Positions 44,593-60,182 of a stretch of DNA of 64,000 nt are shown in pieces; position 1 is the stretch's first letter; the number at the start of each line of letters is the position of its first letter. The notes beneath the pieces are model-generated. The model ran no database searches and was not told where the DNA came from. It worked only from the letters and a program-made list of their open reading frames with translations. The stretch lies in NCBI RefSeq assembly GCF_009914755.1, contig NC_060928.1, one strand, 5' to 3'. The DNA is from the human T2T-CHM13v2.0 reference genome, Homo sapiens. Position numbers and translations under genes: made by a program.

Positions 44593-47500
44593 AGTCATTT
44601 TATCCCACCATTGTTTATATTAACAATTTTTTGGGGGGGGACCCTTGATATTCAATAACAAGGGACTGATTAAATAAATTATAACACAGGCAAACCTGAA
44701 TACTATGCAAACATTAAAAGAATAACATTGAGAATGTCCATGGAAAAATGGACAATCTTATATATTGTTAGGTGAAAACAGAAGATTATAAAACTGTATA
44801 TGTAGTAGGACTCAGTTATAAATGAAAAAAAATCCAGCAAGGATACAGACCACCAACTTAGCAGTGGCTGTCTCTAGGTAGTAGGACTAAAAATACATTT
44901 TCTTTATGTGCTCCTATATTATCTGGAAATAAGTTACTTTTAAAAGTTAAAAACAACCATTAAATTTTACTGTTTAGGATCTTTTACTTTTGAAAAGACT
45001 CGGTCTTTTAAAGAGAAAGCTCTGAGGGACAATTGTAAAAGACACAGGCAGAAACAACTACATCTCAATTATGACCCTCAGTATCAGTCTGCTTCAGTTT
45101 CAGAAGTCTGAAAGCTATGGAAGGAAGAGGTTGTATGCACTATTGTAGAAGAAAAATACAGCATCTTAGGAACATATACGTATTTTTCATGTTTAGTATT
45201 TTCTTCTTTGAAAAGTATAAATGCCTCCTATTTCAGATTGTCTTACAGGTGGGCCAGTATGTACAACCTAACACTGAGTTTTCAAGGAACAAGTTTCTGT
45301 TGCTGCTGCTCTAGCATTCATGCACTGTGGAGCCAGGAAACTTCTCGGGACAAGGAGCACAATGCCAGGCCTTGTCGAGGGCCGCTGCAGTGGAGAGGCC
45401 AGACCGGGGGTGCCAGAGCCAACCGCAGACCAAGGAAGTGAACCCTGCACATCCGGATACTTGAAATGTCAGCTTGTGGAGGATCTCCCGCAGGAATCTG
45501 ACTTTATACACAAACAAAGACATTGAGCTTTCTGCTGAGGTGAGCTCAGAACGGATGAACTTAGTCTTCTCTGCAGTGATGCAAGCCTCTGTCATGTGGA
45601 AGTTACAGACGATGCTAGTGAAATGTGGATGGTCTCCTGGCCCACTGCATCATGCAAGAGGGCTGCTTTACAGAGGCCAACCCTTGAAAGACTTGATATA
45701 TTTCTACTAACAATCATGAAGACACTCTTCAGAGAAAATTCCAGATAAGAACAGCATCTAAGCCTCACCTACTTTTTGGTTATATCATTCTTGCATAACC
45801 TGCCAAAGGCAGCTAGAGGGGAACACAGTCTCTGGATGTCCACTGACAGAGACTTACCAATTTACACTTCATTCCTGACTATTAGGAGTTATAAAAACGA
45901 GAGAATACTATTGCAAGCCAGTAGAAATAAAGATGGGAGTGTCCATGGGAAATGAAAAGAAAGGCACAGCCCTCTTCAGATCCTGAAAAGGAGATTTAAA
46001 TTTGCCTCTTAAGAGTAACACAACACAGAACCATTCTGGAAGCATATCGTTCCAATATAACATTTCGGTATAGATGTCACGAAGGGAGGAAAAATGGTAG
46101 AGGGCAAATATCTATAGGACAATGGAGTAGAGGAATAGAACAAAGTACTGAGAAAGGGCTTGGTGAAATGGGAAGGAAAAACAAATCCAAATGGCAACAA
46201 TGCACAAAGTAATTTCAGGCTCTGTGTGTGTGTATCTCCATTGTTTTCAAGGATCAGTTTTAATTTCTTTGAAAAATAGAAGCTCAAAGATAAGTAGCAA
46301 AGAATGTATTGCCAATGAAAAGACTCTCAAGTCCGCATGTGTGTCAGGGCAGCTGCAGATAGTGGTGTAGGCTGTGCACTGCACAAAAGCACCACATCTA
46401 GAGGGGCATGATTAACGTCACAGACATCAGATTTATTGTGACAATATTCCAGTAGATGGCAGTGTACTAAGGGAGGGAGTCTTTTTAAAATGTACAATGG
46501 CACCATGAGGCCCCAAAACAGCCTTGACTTCACCAAAAAGAAATGAATGTCCTAACTGAAGGGACTCTGTGAAATTAGTAGCAATTTCCATTCTTTGGAA
46601 ATAGAATGCTCATTGCATTTAATTTTAAAGTCACAACATGTAAAGGGTAAAGAGAATATATGGAGACCTCCTTAGATATCAATTTCATTTGCTCTGTTTC
46701 TGGTTTCTTTTCTTAATTGCTTCTGTCTAATTCAGTGTTCTCTAAAAGTAATATTTTACTTTTTAAGGTAATATAGCATTATTCTTTTATTCCTTCCAAA
46801 GAACTAAAAAGGGAAAATTGTGCGAATTGAGGCAACACATCATGCTTTTACAAATTTGTGCAATTTCTATTACTGAATCATAAATATTTAAGGACACGCA
46901 TCCGAACCATCACAAAGGAAAATTTTACATTGGATGATTCCAAGTGAATATGTCTTTTAGTAAACACTATGTGCCATTATCTAAATCACAGAAAAATAGC
47001 CTGCATTTCAAATTCTGAAAATTGGGCAAATTAAATATTGGTCTGCACAGCACGATATGAGTCTATCTTTCTCTGATTTTCCCACTTCTGCTTTTTGTCT
47101 AGTAATGGAGAAAAGAACAATTCAGGCAAACTCTTCCTTGCTTTTGGAACAAAGCAAGCCAGGTGTGAGAAAGTATTTGTTATAGGCCTGCAATTTTATA
47201 CCCCCATGGACACTGAATTATTAATGGAGAAAAGAGAGAACAAATAACCAAGAGAGGGTTCTTGGCAGCCATTGTTTGAAGTTCATGGTGTTACACAACA
47301 TTGAGCATGTCCAATTCACCTGCCAGGAGCTATCTGATTCTTACTCTAGGGTTCCATTTTCCTATCTCGATCTTATCCAGCATCTGGCTGGGTGATGGTC
47401 CATGTCAAAGGATGTAGATCTTCTTTTTATTCCATTAAACTTTGAGATCTGATTATGATATCATGCCTCATGTGTTTTCATCTACCAAATGATCATAATA

Positions 47501-48029
47501 GCTAGTTATCTGCTCCCTGTAGAACCTAGGCTTGTGCTGGGAAAGGAAATAGAAAAATCAGGATTTTATTAGTCTGAAATGTTTGGTCCTTCTGTTCTCA
47601 TGGGTCTGGCCGGGACTCTCTCCTCATCTCATTTGTCAGATAGAGTGGCATTAACAACACTCAGTCCACACACTATCTCAAAGGAGACCCACAGCCTTCT
47701 TTACACTTGCATTGAATTTTCTAGACTCTGAGGTTAAACAAGGAAAAAGACTGCTGTTTTAGCATTTACGGTGAAGTTGCATCTAAAGGACTGATTCAAT
47801 GGGAAGTGCCCCGATGAGGACACAAACAAGGGTGGAGGGACAAGGTTAAGGCACTGGTGAGCAGGACCACATGATTCAATCATTCAAGCTGCTAAGTAGA
47901 TTGATTTTTCTGCCTGGCTACACGGTGTGCCTTGGTGGATTGTTTTTCTCCTTTACTTTTGGGAAGATTATCCTAATTTAAGCAGCTGAGTCTAAGTTCT
48001 TAGGATAAAAAAAAAAAACAAAACAAAAA

Positions 48030-48212
48030 AATGGCATTCTCAAACCAGTTCTTAAAATGATGTCTGGGATTTGCTTCAAAATAATCTACAGGGAGGGGGA
48101 AGTAGAGGAGGGAGATAGATAAAACATCATAAATCATTAATTGATGATTGTTGGATTGGATGACAGATACTTCTGTATATGTTTGAAATTTTCCATTATA
48201 AGAGTTTTTAAA
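48030..48212 (+). mobile_element. Old L1 (L1M) 3' remnant
   Basis: gatgtctgggatttgcttcaaaataat...tatgtttgaaattttccat. Confidence 0.6.
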
Positions 48213-49739
48213 AATGAGGTAGAGATCCAGTGATCCAGAAACTTGGTAGTTATTAGTTTCAACCTTTAGCTTCACCTAAACCCCTTTAAAAAAATTGCTA
48301 GCAAAGAATACTGTCTCCCATTATTTTCACTCTCCTTATCTACCTTTCGTATAACAGAGGTATCAACAAGGGGCAGAGCTGCCACTGGACAGGTGTGAGG
48401 AGGGAGGATTTGATGGTGAGGAAAGTGCAGTCACCAACCCATACGGGATGGAGAGTTAACAGCACACATCCGTGGACTTCGTGTTCTCTTGGTGCAGGAC
48501 ACGGGCATCAGCACTCCCATGACTCACTGGCAAGCACATATTGGAATGCCAAGCTACAGAGTGTTTCCTCTTGGGCTGCTACACTTTTCCTTAGTCTTGT
48601 GGTTGAAATGAGCATCGAGATAAATAACGATAAACAATTGTGAGGGAAGCTGTGGGTTTATAAGAGGCAGGGATAGAGTCAGCTCCTTTCTTCAGTTTTG
48701 TGTCTCTTCTCCCTACCTCATGTCCTTGGATATCCAGATCCTAGGATCAGGAGATGGCAAGGAGTGGAGGAGCGTAGGCATTCATCAGCATGAGAAAGGC
48801 AAGGGAAGGTTTGATCTCAGTGCTGTGCTCAGGCCTGCCCTTTACAAACGAAACTACCTTAAATATACCTAGCTATTCTCAAAGTGCGAAAAATTCTGAA
48901 CTTGATTCCAATCATGAACCGTCCTTCTGAATGATCAGTTTCTTCTAGGAAATCAAACACAGAAGATATGATTACTAAATAAACACTCCATTAGTACTTA
49001 AAAATCTGAAGATACAGAAATTCAGAGGTTTGATGTAAATCTTTTTGAAATGTATCACAAATCACACCTTAAAGCATAATCCACACACTGATCTTGTACC
49101 TGCAGAGTAAGAGTTCCTTCTAAAACAGGAGTCAGGAAAGAAGAAAGAAAATTGGCATTTTTTTTTCTGTTCCTGATATCAGTTAACTCAGGTTAAAGAG
49201 GATTTCTTGGCATAAAAATTTTATTCTATTCCACCTGAAGTAATAAGGCGAGAGGTAAAAAAGAGATCTATTTATGGATAGGCTAATCAAGTAAGCTGCC
49301 TCTACTCAAAGGAAAAAAAAAAAAAACCACACCGAGGACTTTGTAGAACTATAAGCCAAGAATTCTTTAACACTGATTTCTAAACACCATATCATGCCGG
49401 GAGCTCACAGGAAGAACCTCTTCCTTTGCTTTGGGCAAAAGATCTAATTCGGATTTCCTCTTACTCATAATCTCCCAGAAAGAGGAGAATTTAAGGATTG
49501 CATCATTTTTGCCAAATGGTTAAAAAAATTTTTTTTCTCTTCTATCCTATAATCATGCTTCAGCTCCAGCCAAGGCAGTTTAGGCTTGAGGCACATTAAA
49601 ATCTTTGTATGGGGCCAACTTGGGGCCTCCTCTTACCTCTTCCTAGAGAACACCTGAAGAGCATAAAATAATATGGTCTTGCAGCACATCTTTTTGTTGT
49701 ATAAATATTATGTAATCTTAAAGAGCCCTCAGAAACCTC

Positions 49740-50102
49740 CATAGATCATGCTAGTGGGGTCCTGCCCAGATCCTCCCTCTGGCACGAATGCACCTACCCC
49801 GGAGTTTGCGTAAGTGTTGTCTGATAACTATAAGTGAGAACCGCTGTCCCCATTGGAACCCCCTAACATGGGAGGTTATACATCCCCTGCAGGGGATTAC
49901 TTGAAGCTAGTGAACCTTCCTGGGGGATGCAGCTGAAGTTAGTTAGAAACCAGCTAAAACCACATCCTTCCTCTCAGCTCCTTCTCCTTCTCTTTCCTCC
50001 GTCTTCTGCCCCCATCACCTCCTTGCAGGTTCCTCTGAGAGCATTCCCTCAATAAAGCACTTCCACGAGAATCTCCATCTCTAGGGGACTTAACCTATAA
50101 CA
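49740..50102 (+). mobile_element. LTR16-like ERVL solo LTR remnant
   Basis: ctgagagcattccctcaataaagcactt...gaatctccatctc...aacctataaca end. Confidence 0.55.
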
Positions 50103-50419
50103 CTTCAAGAATCCTATGGCAGCAAATTAAAATGAATATTTTTTTATGTTTAGTCTGCTGTCTTTCAAGGTCTACTAATCTGTCCAATTTCATCAGTGTT
50201 TAGACCCACAGACACAAGCACATACACTAAATAGCTTAAAGGTTAGATGTAGGAGGGGGCAGGATGGATTCCATGGGAGTTCACATCTTCTATTTGGGCA
50301 TCAAACTTAATATACAAAATAGCCTTTCCATCCCCCGAAAGCCATTTCCCAATACAATCTGCAGTCCATCTTCCTACTCTCATTTTCTCTCTGTATACTT
50401 ATATACAGACACAAGACTA

Positions 50420-50879
<460 letters not shown>

Positions 50880-52032
50880 TTAATGGAATATTTTTTTAAA
50901 ACCTCAGGTTGAAGTTTAAATGAGTACTGTCCACAGGCCTGATGATGCTCTGAGGTCGATTAATAAGACATCAAAAAGAAAAATATCTTGTACCTTTTGT
51001 TGCAAGAATTAGAAACACAAAACCCAGCAACTGTTCCCATCAGGAAGAATCTTTCTCTGTTTGCTCAGGAAAGCAAAGTTCCTTGATTTAAAGACTGCTT
51101 GGTAGCTCCCAGCTAGTTTCTACTGTTCCTAGTTGTTCATCCTAAAAATGTGTATTGCTCTTGATCATCCTGTAAAGCTCATATCTTGGGCTAACTCAGA
51201 AATTGGAGGGAGGTTTGAAAGTGGAGAATGGTCCTTCAAAGGTGGAGAATGCATTTCCCCTGAGCTCCTTTTCTGCAGTGGTGGGGTTTTCATCTGCTGG
51301 CTCTCACCTACAACGTTTCAGGTTTGGGTGGACTTCATGGGAAGCAGCTCCATGGGAGCAGCAGCACTGGCTGATCCTCCTCTTCTCACAACGGCAGATG
51401 GACGGTGGGCAGCCCACACTGGCTAACCTCCTCAGACTGCCTTTGGCAAGTGAAAAAACTCCCTTGTCCACAGTGGTGAATGATATAAATTTCCTTGCAA
51501 TTTTTAAAAAGCATTATCTTTTTTCTGCCTTTAAAATCTTTGCCTTCCAAATAACGCTGGGAGGTTAAAAAAAATTTGGGATATCCTTGGTGACAAATTA
51601 TCAGCCTATAGTCATGGAGGCAGTCAGGAGCAGGGTTGCAATAAGACAGAAAGAGGCCTTCGTGAGATACAGACCCAGCCCCCAGTCCCAGCTGAGCCAC
51701 CCGGCTCAACTCTCAGGCCAGGAGACTTCTGCAGAGAGGATGATAATAACATCTACTTCACAAAATTATTGTCAGGAATACAAAACAATAACATATGGAA
51801 AATTTCCCAGCAAAGTGACACCTATTAGATGTTTAGTACATATTAGTGGTCTTCCTCCTTTACGTCTGTATTGTTTCTACCAACCAAGAAATTCTGGTAG
51901 AACATGGTGGTAAAGGGTGTGACTCCTTTGAACCCAGTGGGAGAAAGAGGTTTGGGGAGCAACGTTCAACATGTAGTACGGGCTGGTGGCCCACACGGGG
52001 TGTTCTGGAGGAACCCACACAAAGTCGCCTAC

Positions 52033-52090
52033 CTGGTCGTGGTCCGGATGGTGTTTTCTTTTGTATGATTGTGCTCTTTGCTCACTTTTT
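52033..52090 (-). CDS. ZNF827: ZNF827 internal coding exon, 58 nt, phase 1-2: EKVSKEHNHTKENTIRTTT(S)
   Basis: Acceptor ttcattctttctccttacag|AAAAAGTG and donor ACCAG|gtaggc. G|AA completes Glu from the upstream exon and AG|C completes Ser with the next exon. Its coding frame is not in the ORF track. Confidence 0.9.
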
Positions 52091-52282
52091 CTGTAAGGAG
52101 AAAGAATGAAACATACACCTCTTAGGTTGTTCTCACTCAACTTGCATCTTTTAGCCTTAAGCAGAAAAACCCTCAACATCTCTCTTTTTCCTTTGTGGTT
52201 TTCTTTTGATTTCTTTTTTAAACATCCAGATCCTCCCCATCTTACTGGAAAAGACAATCATCCAAAGCATGTTGATAGTATC

Positions 52283-52604
<322 letters not shown>

Positions 52605-52607
52605 TCA

Positions 52608-53385
<778 letters not shown>

Positions 53386-55396
53386 TTATTTCCACTGTAT
53401 CTTTCCCCAGCTGAAAATTTCTGCTTTCCTCTGATTCAGCATGAAAACTGCAGTTGTTGCAACTGTTCCGCCTCTGACTTTGATGACAACCTTTAAGCAT
53501 TCTGTATTGTGAGGCCCCTTTGTGAGAGGGGATATAAAAACAGCCTAAGACCTCTTCGTGCTGCAGTCATTCAGTGCTTATTCTGATAAATGTCATAAGG
53601 GACAAAAAAATATCATTTAGACAAGAAGAGGTAGACCCTCCCTTACTGTGGCTTGAGGTCTACATCTATCAGCTGTCAGAAATTATTTAATGAGCTTTCA
53701 AGAACACAAAAGTTGAACTCTGGCCTTCCCAATGCAGTTCAAATGTGAGGACCCTACACTGACGGTCACAGCTGTCAATGGCTTCTTTTAATATCTAGAA
53801 AAAACCTGGCCAACTGTATAAGAGTTTCAGATTTAAACAGCAGGGCAAATAAAAATCTCTTAAACTTGTGGATTTTTGGAAAAATTTAAACAAAGATTTG
53901 CAACACCCGTCTCACACTTTGTACTGCTAGTCTGAAGCCACTGCATGCATGTGTGCATGGACAATTCCTTTCTGTCCACTCAACAATGACAATGAGCGTG
54001 AATTTGGATTCACAGCCAGTACTCTTTCAGAGAGCAGGAAATCGGGGCTAAATGACTTGTCTGAGGTCACCCAGGCAGTGACAGCGCCAGGGTGAGAACT
54101 CTCAGACCCAAACTTTTTAGCTGATAGGAGACTGCGACAGCATACGGTTTAGAGAGACTTTCTGAAAAGAACCACGCAGGTCACACTTTTGCAAATTTTA
54201 ACTCCTCAATCATTATTAAAGTTATATTGTTTTTAGATAAGCTTCATCCTTCAAAAAATACATAAATAAAAGTAGCCTGTTTTGGAGCTTGCAAAGATCT
54301 GTGTGTCCTATTAAGTTTACAGAATTAGTGATTTCGGCTACTGCAGAGATCTGCACAAATACCATCCCTGTTTGAGGACCTGGAGGCCACCATTTTCAGC
54401 ACCATCTGATAATTACACAGCTATGGGCTGTGTTGCCAGGTCAATGAGAAGGTGAACTATTATGGCGACAGACAGATTTTAGCTTTTTTTCTCTTTCCTG
54501 GTATCTTCCTTAAGAGAGAATTAAATGGATGCTCTAAATGTGTTATCCATAACAAAACAGAGTTTGTTGAACATTAGTAACAGGCTTTATTGATGGATAA
54601 ACTTTAATATTGTAGGCCAGTGCTTGACTTTGGACAAGGTATTTGTATGTATTTCTATCCGAATCTTATATATGTATATACCATCAACCTCAATCATGTG
54701 CAAAAAAATAGAAGCATATTAAATTTGTTAGGGACAAATGCTATGCGGCTTGAAAGAGATGACAGAAGGAACAACTTAGGTACTGGGATCCTTAACTATT
54801 TCATCCAGACACCTCACTGAGCTGGTAATTACTGCACTTTTCAATTGTAAGTATGTGCAGTACAAAAAGTTGGTTTACCGAAACTGTTCTGCTAAGGCTA
54901 TAGCTGGAAATAGTCCTCATACCTTCATCTTTTGCTTTTCCCTTCTTTGTTTTGTTTTTGTTTTGGCAAGATACAATAAAACCTCATTAATTCAGACCAC
55001 ACTAATTTGGAAGTCATAGTAATTCAGTCACTGTTGGAATAAATTGAAATTTATCTTTTGCACATTAAAAAAAAGCCTGTTAATCAGATCAACTGCCTAA
55101 GCAAAATTAGAGGTGAGGTGTTTAGCCCAGTCAACAGGAATCATTTGCGCAGAATTGAATAGAGTTTTAATTTCAAGTGATTCTTAACTATTTATTAAGG
55201 AAAGTTTGGCAGGAATTCTACTTGGCAACACTTTATTAACTGTTAGTTTGGGTGGCAGTATGCATGTTAAAGCAACAAAATTGATTTCTGTCTAAAAAAT
55301 CCTATAATTCAGGTTTTTTTTTAAAAAAAAACTGTGTTAGAAGGGTTTTCCTTCAATGATTTCCAATAATTGACATTTTCCTGTGCATAAACATAC

Positions 55397-55636
55397 CTGA
55401 CAGTTGAAAGAGGAGCTCGGAAGCCATTTTCACAGAGATATCCTGACTGAAGAGGTTTCTCTCTGGGGGTACTCTGCCCTCTGGCATCTTCTGTAAGGGT
55501 TCGGTTTTCTCTCGCCCGATTAAAGTGCTGTAGCCAACATTCCGGCTGGGTGATATCGAGACATGGGAGTCCTGGATGTCAACCTCCATGGGTTCCTCTT
55601 TAATCTTCACCATCTGTGTTTCCTTGTAGCTTTCCG
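55397..55636 (-). CDS. ZNF827: ZNF827 internal coding exon, 240 nt, phase 1-1: (x)ESYKETQMVKIKEEPMEVD...QDISVKMASELLFQLS
   Basis: Minus-strand acceptor ttctcttcattcacctacttgcag|CGGAAAGC and donor TCAG|gtatgt. The frame is open (part of ORF 55353..55676). The peptide matches my recollection of ZNF827 and joins in frame with the next two exons. Confidence 0.93.
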
Positions 55637-56021
55637 CTGCAAGTAGGTGAATGAAGAGAAACAAAAACACCACCATTTCTTAATTCCAAGCTAGACCCAG
55701 TTTCTAATCACAGAGAAAACCATAAAGATTGTGGCAGGGAAGAGAAAAATGAGCGTGCACGGCACACTGGACCATAGTTTGAAAACCATTGGCTCAATCA
55801 TCTAATACCAGAAAAGGTAGGAGACTTCAGTTTTTTTTAGCCCAGAGAGACTCAGAGGCTTGTTCGAGATCACAGATGGTAGCAGGGCCAGGCCTTGGCC
55901 TGCAAGCTGGAGCCTATGTTTCTTGACCAAGGTCTCTCACCAACCACATGTGCCCCTTCCTCTCTACCACACTGTTTCCAGAACTGAGAGAGGACACGGT
56001 AAGTGTTTGTTCTTGCTTTAG

Positions 56022-56406
<385 letters not shown>

Positions 56407-56883
56407 TGACCAATTGCTTTTCTCTCTTCTAGGGCACATACATTAATCAAGGATAAATAGGGTCAATTCAACGGAGACATTTGCACCTTGCTGGAGGTGT
56501 ATGGAAGACCACGCAGGAAGTTAACTGCAGCCCAAGGAGCAACACCCAGAAAAACAGCAATCTTACAAGTTATAATAATGGTACAATTTACTGTGTGTCA
56601 TTTAGGTGTGGCTATTAGATGCTGGGTCTTTAGTCTGAAACACATATTTGTTTTGTAAGGGTGGAGTGTCTATGTCCATCTATTGCTTAGAGTTAATGAT
56701 AAAACATCTTTGAAACAAGGTGGGACAATTAGCCCAGAAAATAACTTGGGTCGCTATAAAATAAGGCCACACTTTCAAATTAATAATAATAATTAGGAAC
56801 TACTGTGTACTCAGCACACTGGGAAACAAAAAACAAAGAGGATTTTGATAGTTGAACAGATAGATGATAGACAGACAGATAGA

Positions 56884-57348
56884 GTAGTGGGTTGAATTGT
56901 GGTCCCCCAAAAGAAACATCTACATCCTAATCATGGGAACTTGTGAATGCGAATGTGACTTTATTTGGGAAAAAAAGGTCCTTGCAGATGTGATTAAGTC
57001 AAGAATCTCAAGAAGAAATCATCCTGGATTATCTAGGTGGGTCCCAAATCCAATGACAAGTGTCCTAATAAGACACAGAAGAGGACAAGACATAGAAACA
57101 GTGGAAAAGGCCATGTGAAAACAGACAGAGACTGGAGTGATGCAGCCACAAACCAAGGAGTCCCTGCAGCCACTGGAAGCTGCAAGAGGCAAGCCAGGAT
57201 TTTCCCCTAGAGCCTCTGGAAGGAGTGCAGCCAGACCAACATTTTGATTTCAGACTTCTAGCCTCCAGAACCATGAGAGAATAAATATCTGTTGTTTCAA
57301 GCTTCCAACTTTGTGGTAACTTGCTACAGCAGACCTAGGAAACTTCAG
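56884..57348 (+). mobile_element. MLT1 (C/D-like) MaLR solo LTR
   Basis: gggttgaattgtggtccccc...ttgcagatgtgattaag...ctagcctccagaac..gagagaataaat...cctaggaaact. Confidence 0.88.
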
Positions 57349-57349
57349 A

Positions 57350-57380
<31 letters not shown>

Positions 57381-57390
57381 GCAGACAGAC
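57347..57390. repeat. (GATA)n(GACA)n microsatellite
   Basis: Read directly; a similar short tract lies at 56858-56882. Confidence 0.9.
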
Positions 57391-58681
57391 ACACAGGTAC
57401 ACAGATAAAACAAACAGCAAGAAGCAGTGTAAAGGAAGTGCTGATCTGTGGGACAGTCAGGAGATGTCATCAGGGAAACCTCATTGTTAGAAGCTGGGAG
57501 GGCCAAAAAGCTATGCTTTCCCTGGAAAGCATGACATGGGTGAACGTCAAATACACGTATATAGTTTATTGACCGGTAGTTAAAAAAAAGAAGAGCATTT
57601 TAACCTAAATGATTAAAATTAATACAGTGCTATCAATAAGATCTTATGTAAGAAGAGTGTTAATTGCTCTTTTTTCTTCCTGACATATTACACATGCTTC
57701 TCAGGGAAAACTGTTTTTTGTCAACAACTAAACTGCAGGCAAGTGTGGTATTTACTTTAGATCCCTCCCCCCTTTCCCTACTCCTGCCAAGCTGTTTTTT
57801 CTCTTCATGTCTGCAAAGCAGCTCATAAAAATCAAGTTCACTGAATCAGTCAGTCATGATAAAAAAATTTTTTTAAATAAAAAAAGAGAAGAAGAAGAAA
57901 GCTGTCCAAGATACACGCTTAGCTTCTCTGCCTTTACTTCCAGTTCATCTGATTCTTCCTGGAGAACTGATCTTCCTCCCTCAAGCCCCTTAGGGATCTG
58001 GTGACCTCACAGCCATCCTGACCTCCAGCCAGATCAGCCACCCTCATGGGCAGTCACAACACAGCTTCCCTCATCATGCTTCCCCAAAGTACCTAATATT
58101 TGGAAAATAAACAGTGGGGTCAGTGTCATAGGTACATAATGATGCGTCTGAATCTTGCACTGGGAAGTCATTGTAAGGCCTGGGGACAAACACAAAAGAA
58201 TACTAGGACAAATACAAAGGGATTCACTTCATTTAAAAAAACTTGACACTATAAAAAGCAAAGCCAGAAAGAAGCTCTGTTATTTATCTTCTCCTCACAC
58301 CTCATACCACCCTGCCTCATTTCCCTAGCTTTGACCATGGAATAAAAAATCACCTGGCTATTTGCACCACTAAATTTAATGAAATTAGTTTTTAAAAGCT
58401 TCCTGGGATCACATCAAGTATGATTTACATGAAGTGCTTTCTGCTCTTTCTTATGACAACCCTTGCCCTTTCAAGAATGCACAAAACACTGATCACTGAT
58501 AAAAAGCCTTTGACCTTCTTAATTTACTTGACAGATTCCAGACTCAGGGAGAGGAGTTTTCAAACTAACATCTCAATGGACAAGTGAAACACTGGACAAA
58601 TAATACAGTAAATATCACAGTCCCTTCTCTTCCATGCAATAGCATTATTGCCAAGTGTTTTTTTTGGCTTTTCTTTTCAAG

Positions 58682-59099
58682 CAGGATTTCTCAACCTCGG
58701 TACTACTGACATTTGGGGCTGGATAATCTTTGTTGTGGGGGACTATATTGCACATTGCAGGATGTTTAGCAACATCCTTGGTCTCTCTACCCACTAGATA
58801 CCAGTAGCATTATCCTCTAACTTTAATTTATTTATTTTTTAAGAAACGTAGGTCTCACTACGTTGCCCAGGCTGGAGTGCAGTGGCTATTCACAGGTGTG
58901 GTCATATAGCACACTGCAGTCTCAAATTCCTGGCCTCAAGCAACCCTCCTGCCTCAGCCTCCTGAGAAGCTGGGGCTACCTGCACAAGCCACCATCCTGG
59001 GCTCCATCCTCTAGTTTTAACAACCAAACATGACTGCAGATGTTGCCAAATTTTCTCAGGGGAGGGAAGGGCAAAACCATCCTGGTTGAAAACCACGGC
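58682..59099 (-). mobile_element. MER20 fossil interrupted by a FAM
   Basis: tttctcaacctcgg...ggttgaaaacca ends. Confidence 0.85.
58822..59003 (-). mobile_element. FAM (fossil Alu monomer)
   Basis: Monomer retaining the 7SL-type gtggctattcacagg segment; atcctcta flanks both sides. Confidence 0.8.
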
Positions 59100-59507
59100 T
59101 CTAAAGTTTTTGCCGCATTCTAGTTTTTGCTCCAAAGAAAGTTCAATCACCACACAAGACAAAGAAGAAAGAAAAAGCTCCTTTCATTTCTAGCCTAGGC
59201 CTGGTATCAATCGCCACCTCAGCCAGGTTCCTGGACAGGCTGACCTGGCAACACTGGTTTCTGTTACATACCTCATTTGGTCCCCAGGCCAGCTCTCTTC
59301 TTTTTGCCTGGGGTGTTCTAACATAACAACGGTTGAATTAATCATTTCTACTATCTCTTAGCTTTGTCTCCCATACCCAGGGACATGTCTACACACACAG
59401 GATTTTACTCTTTCCTGTACACACACAACGTGAATCCTTTTAGAATCTCTTCCCAAAATAATAGGACAAATAGTCATTTTATCCCAGGTGGTCTATATAT
59501 CGTTGCT

Positions 59508-59695
59508 GTTGGTGTGGTGGTGTGCCTATAGTCTCAGCCACTCAGGAGGCTGAGGTGGGAGGATCTATTGAGCCAGGGAGTTCAAGGCTGCAAGGAGCTA
59601 TCATTGTGCTACTTCACTCCAGCCTGGGCAATAGAAGGAGACTCTGTCTCAAAACAAACAAACAAACAAACAACCCACAAAAAAACAAAAAAAAA
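59508..59695 (+). mobile_element. Alu right-arm monomer (FRAM/AluJ fragment)
   Basis: Right arm with a (CAAA)-rich tail. Confidence 0.8.
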
Positions 59696-59767
59696 CTACA
59701 AGATATTTCAGAGGTTGAATGGGAAGGACTTGGTGGCTGACTGTAGTCTGAATTAAGAATGAAAAGA

Positions 59768-60054
<287 letters not shown>

Positions 60055-60182
60055 TGAAGAAACAAATGTGAGAGAAATTATGGATGAAATTTATACAGGA
60101 ACTGGATGAGAGGCAGGTGAGATGAAAATCCTATGAACTGTAAGTCTCTAAGGTTTGGAAGATAATATTTTTTATCTTCCAA

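Noticed and set aside
51133-51568. Overlapping 97- and 121-aa + strand ORFs in unique sequence
   Set aside because: Non-ATG starts, no recognisable homology, and lengths within chance expectation.
55353-55676. 107-aa ORF as a standalone gene
   Set aside because: Only 55397-55636 is exon; the flanks are the polypyrimidine tract and donor-side intron read in frame.
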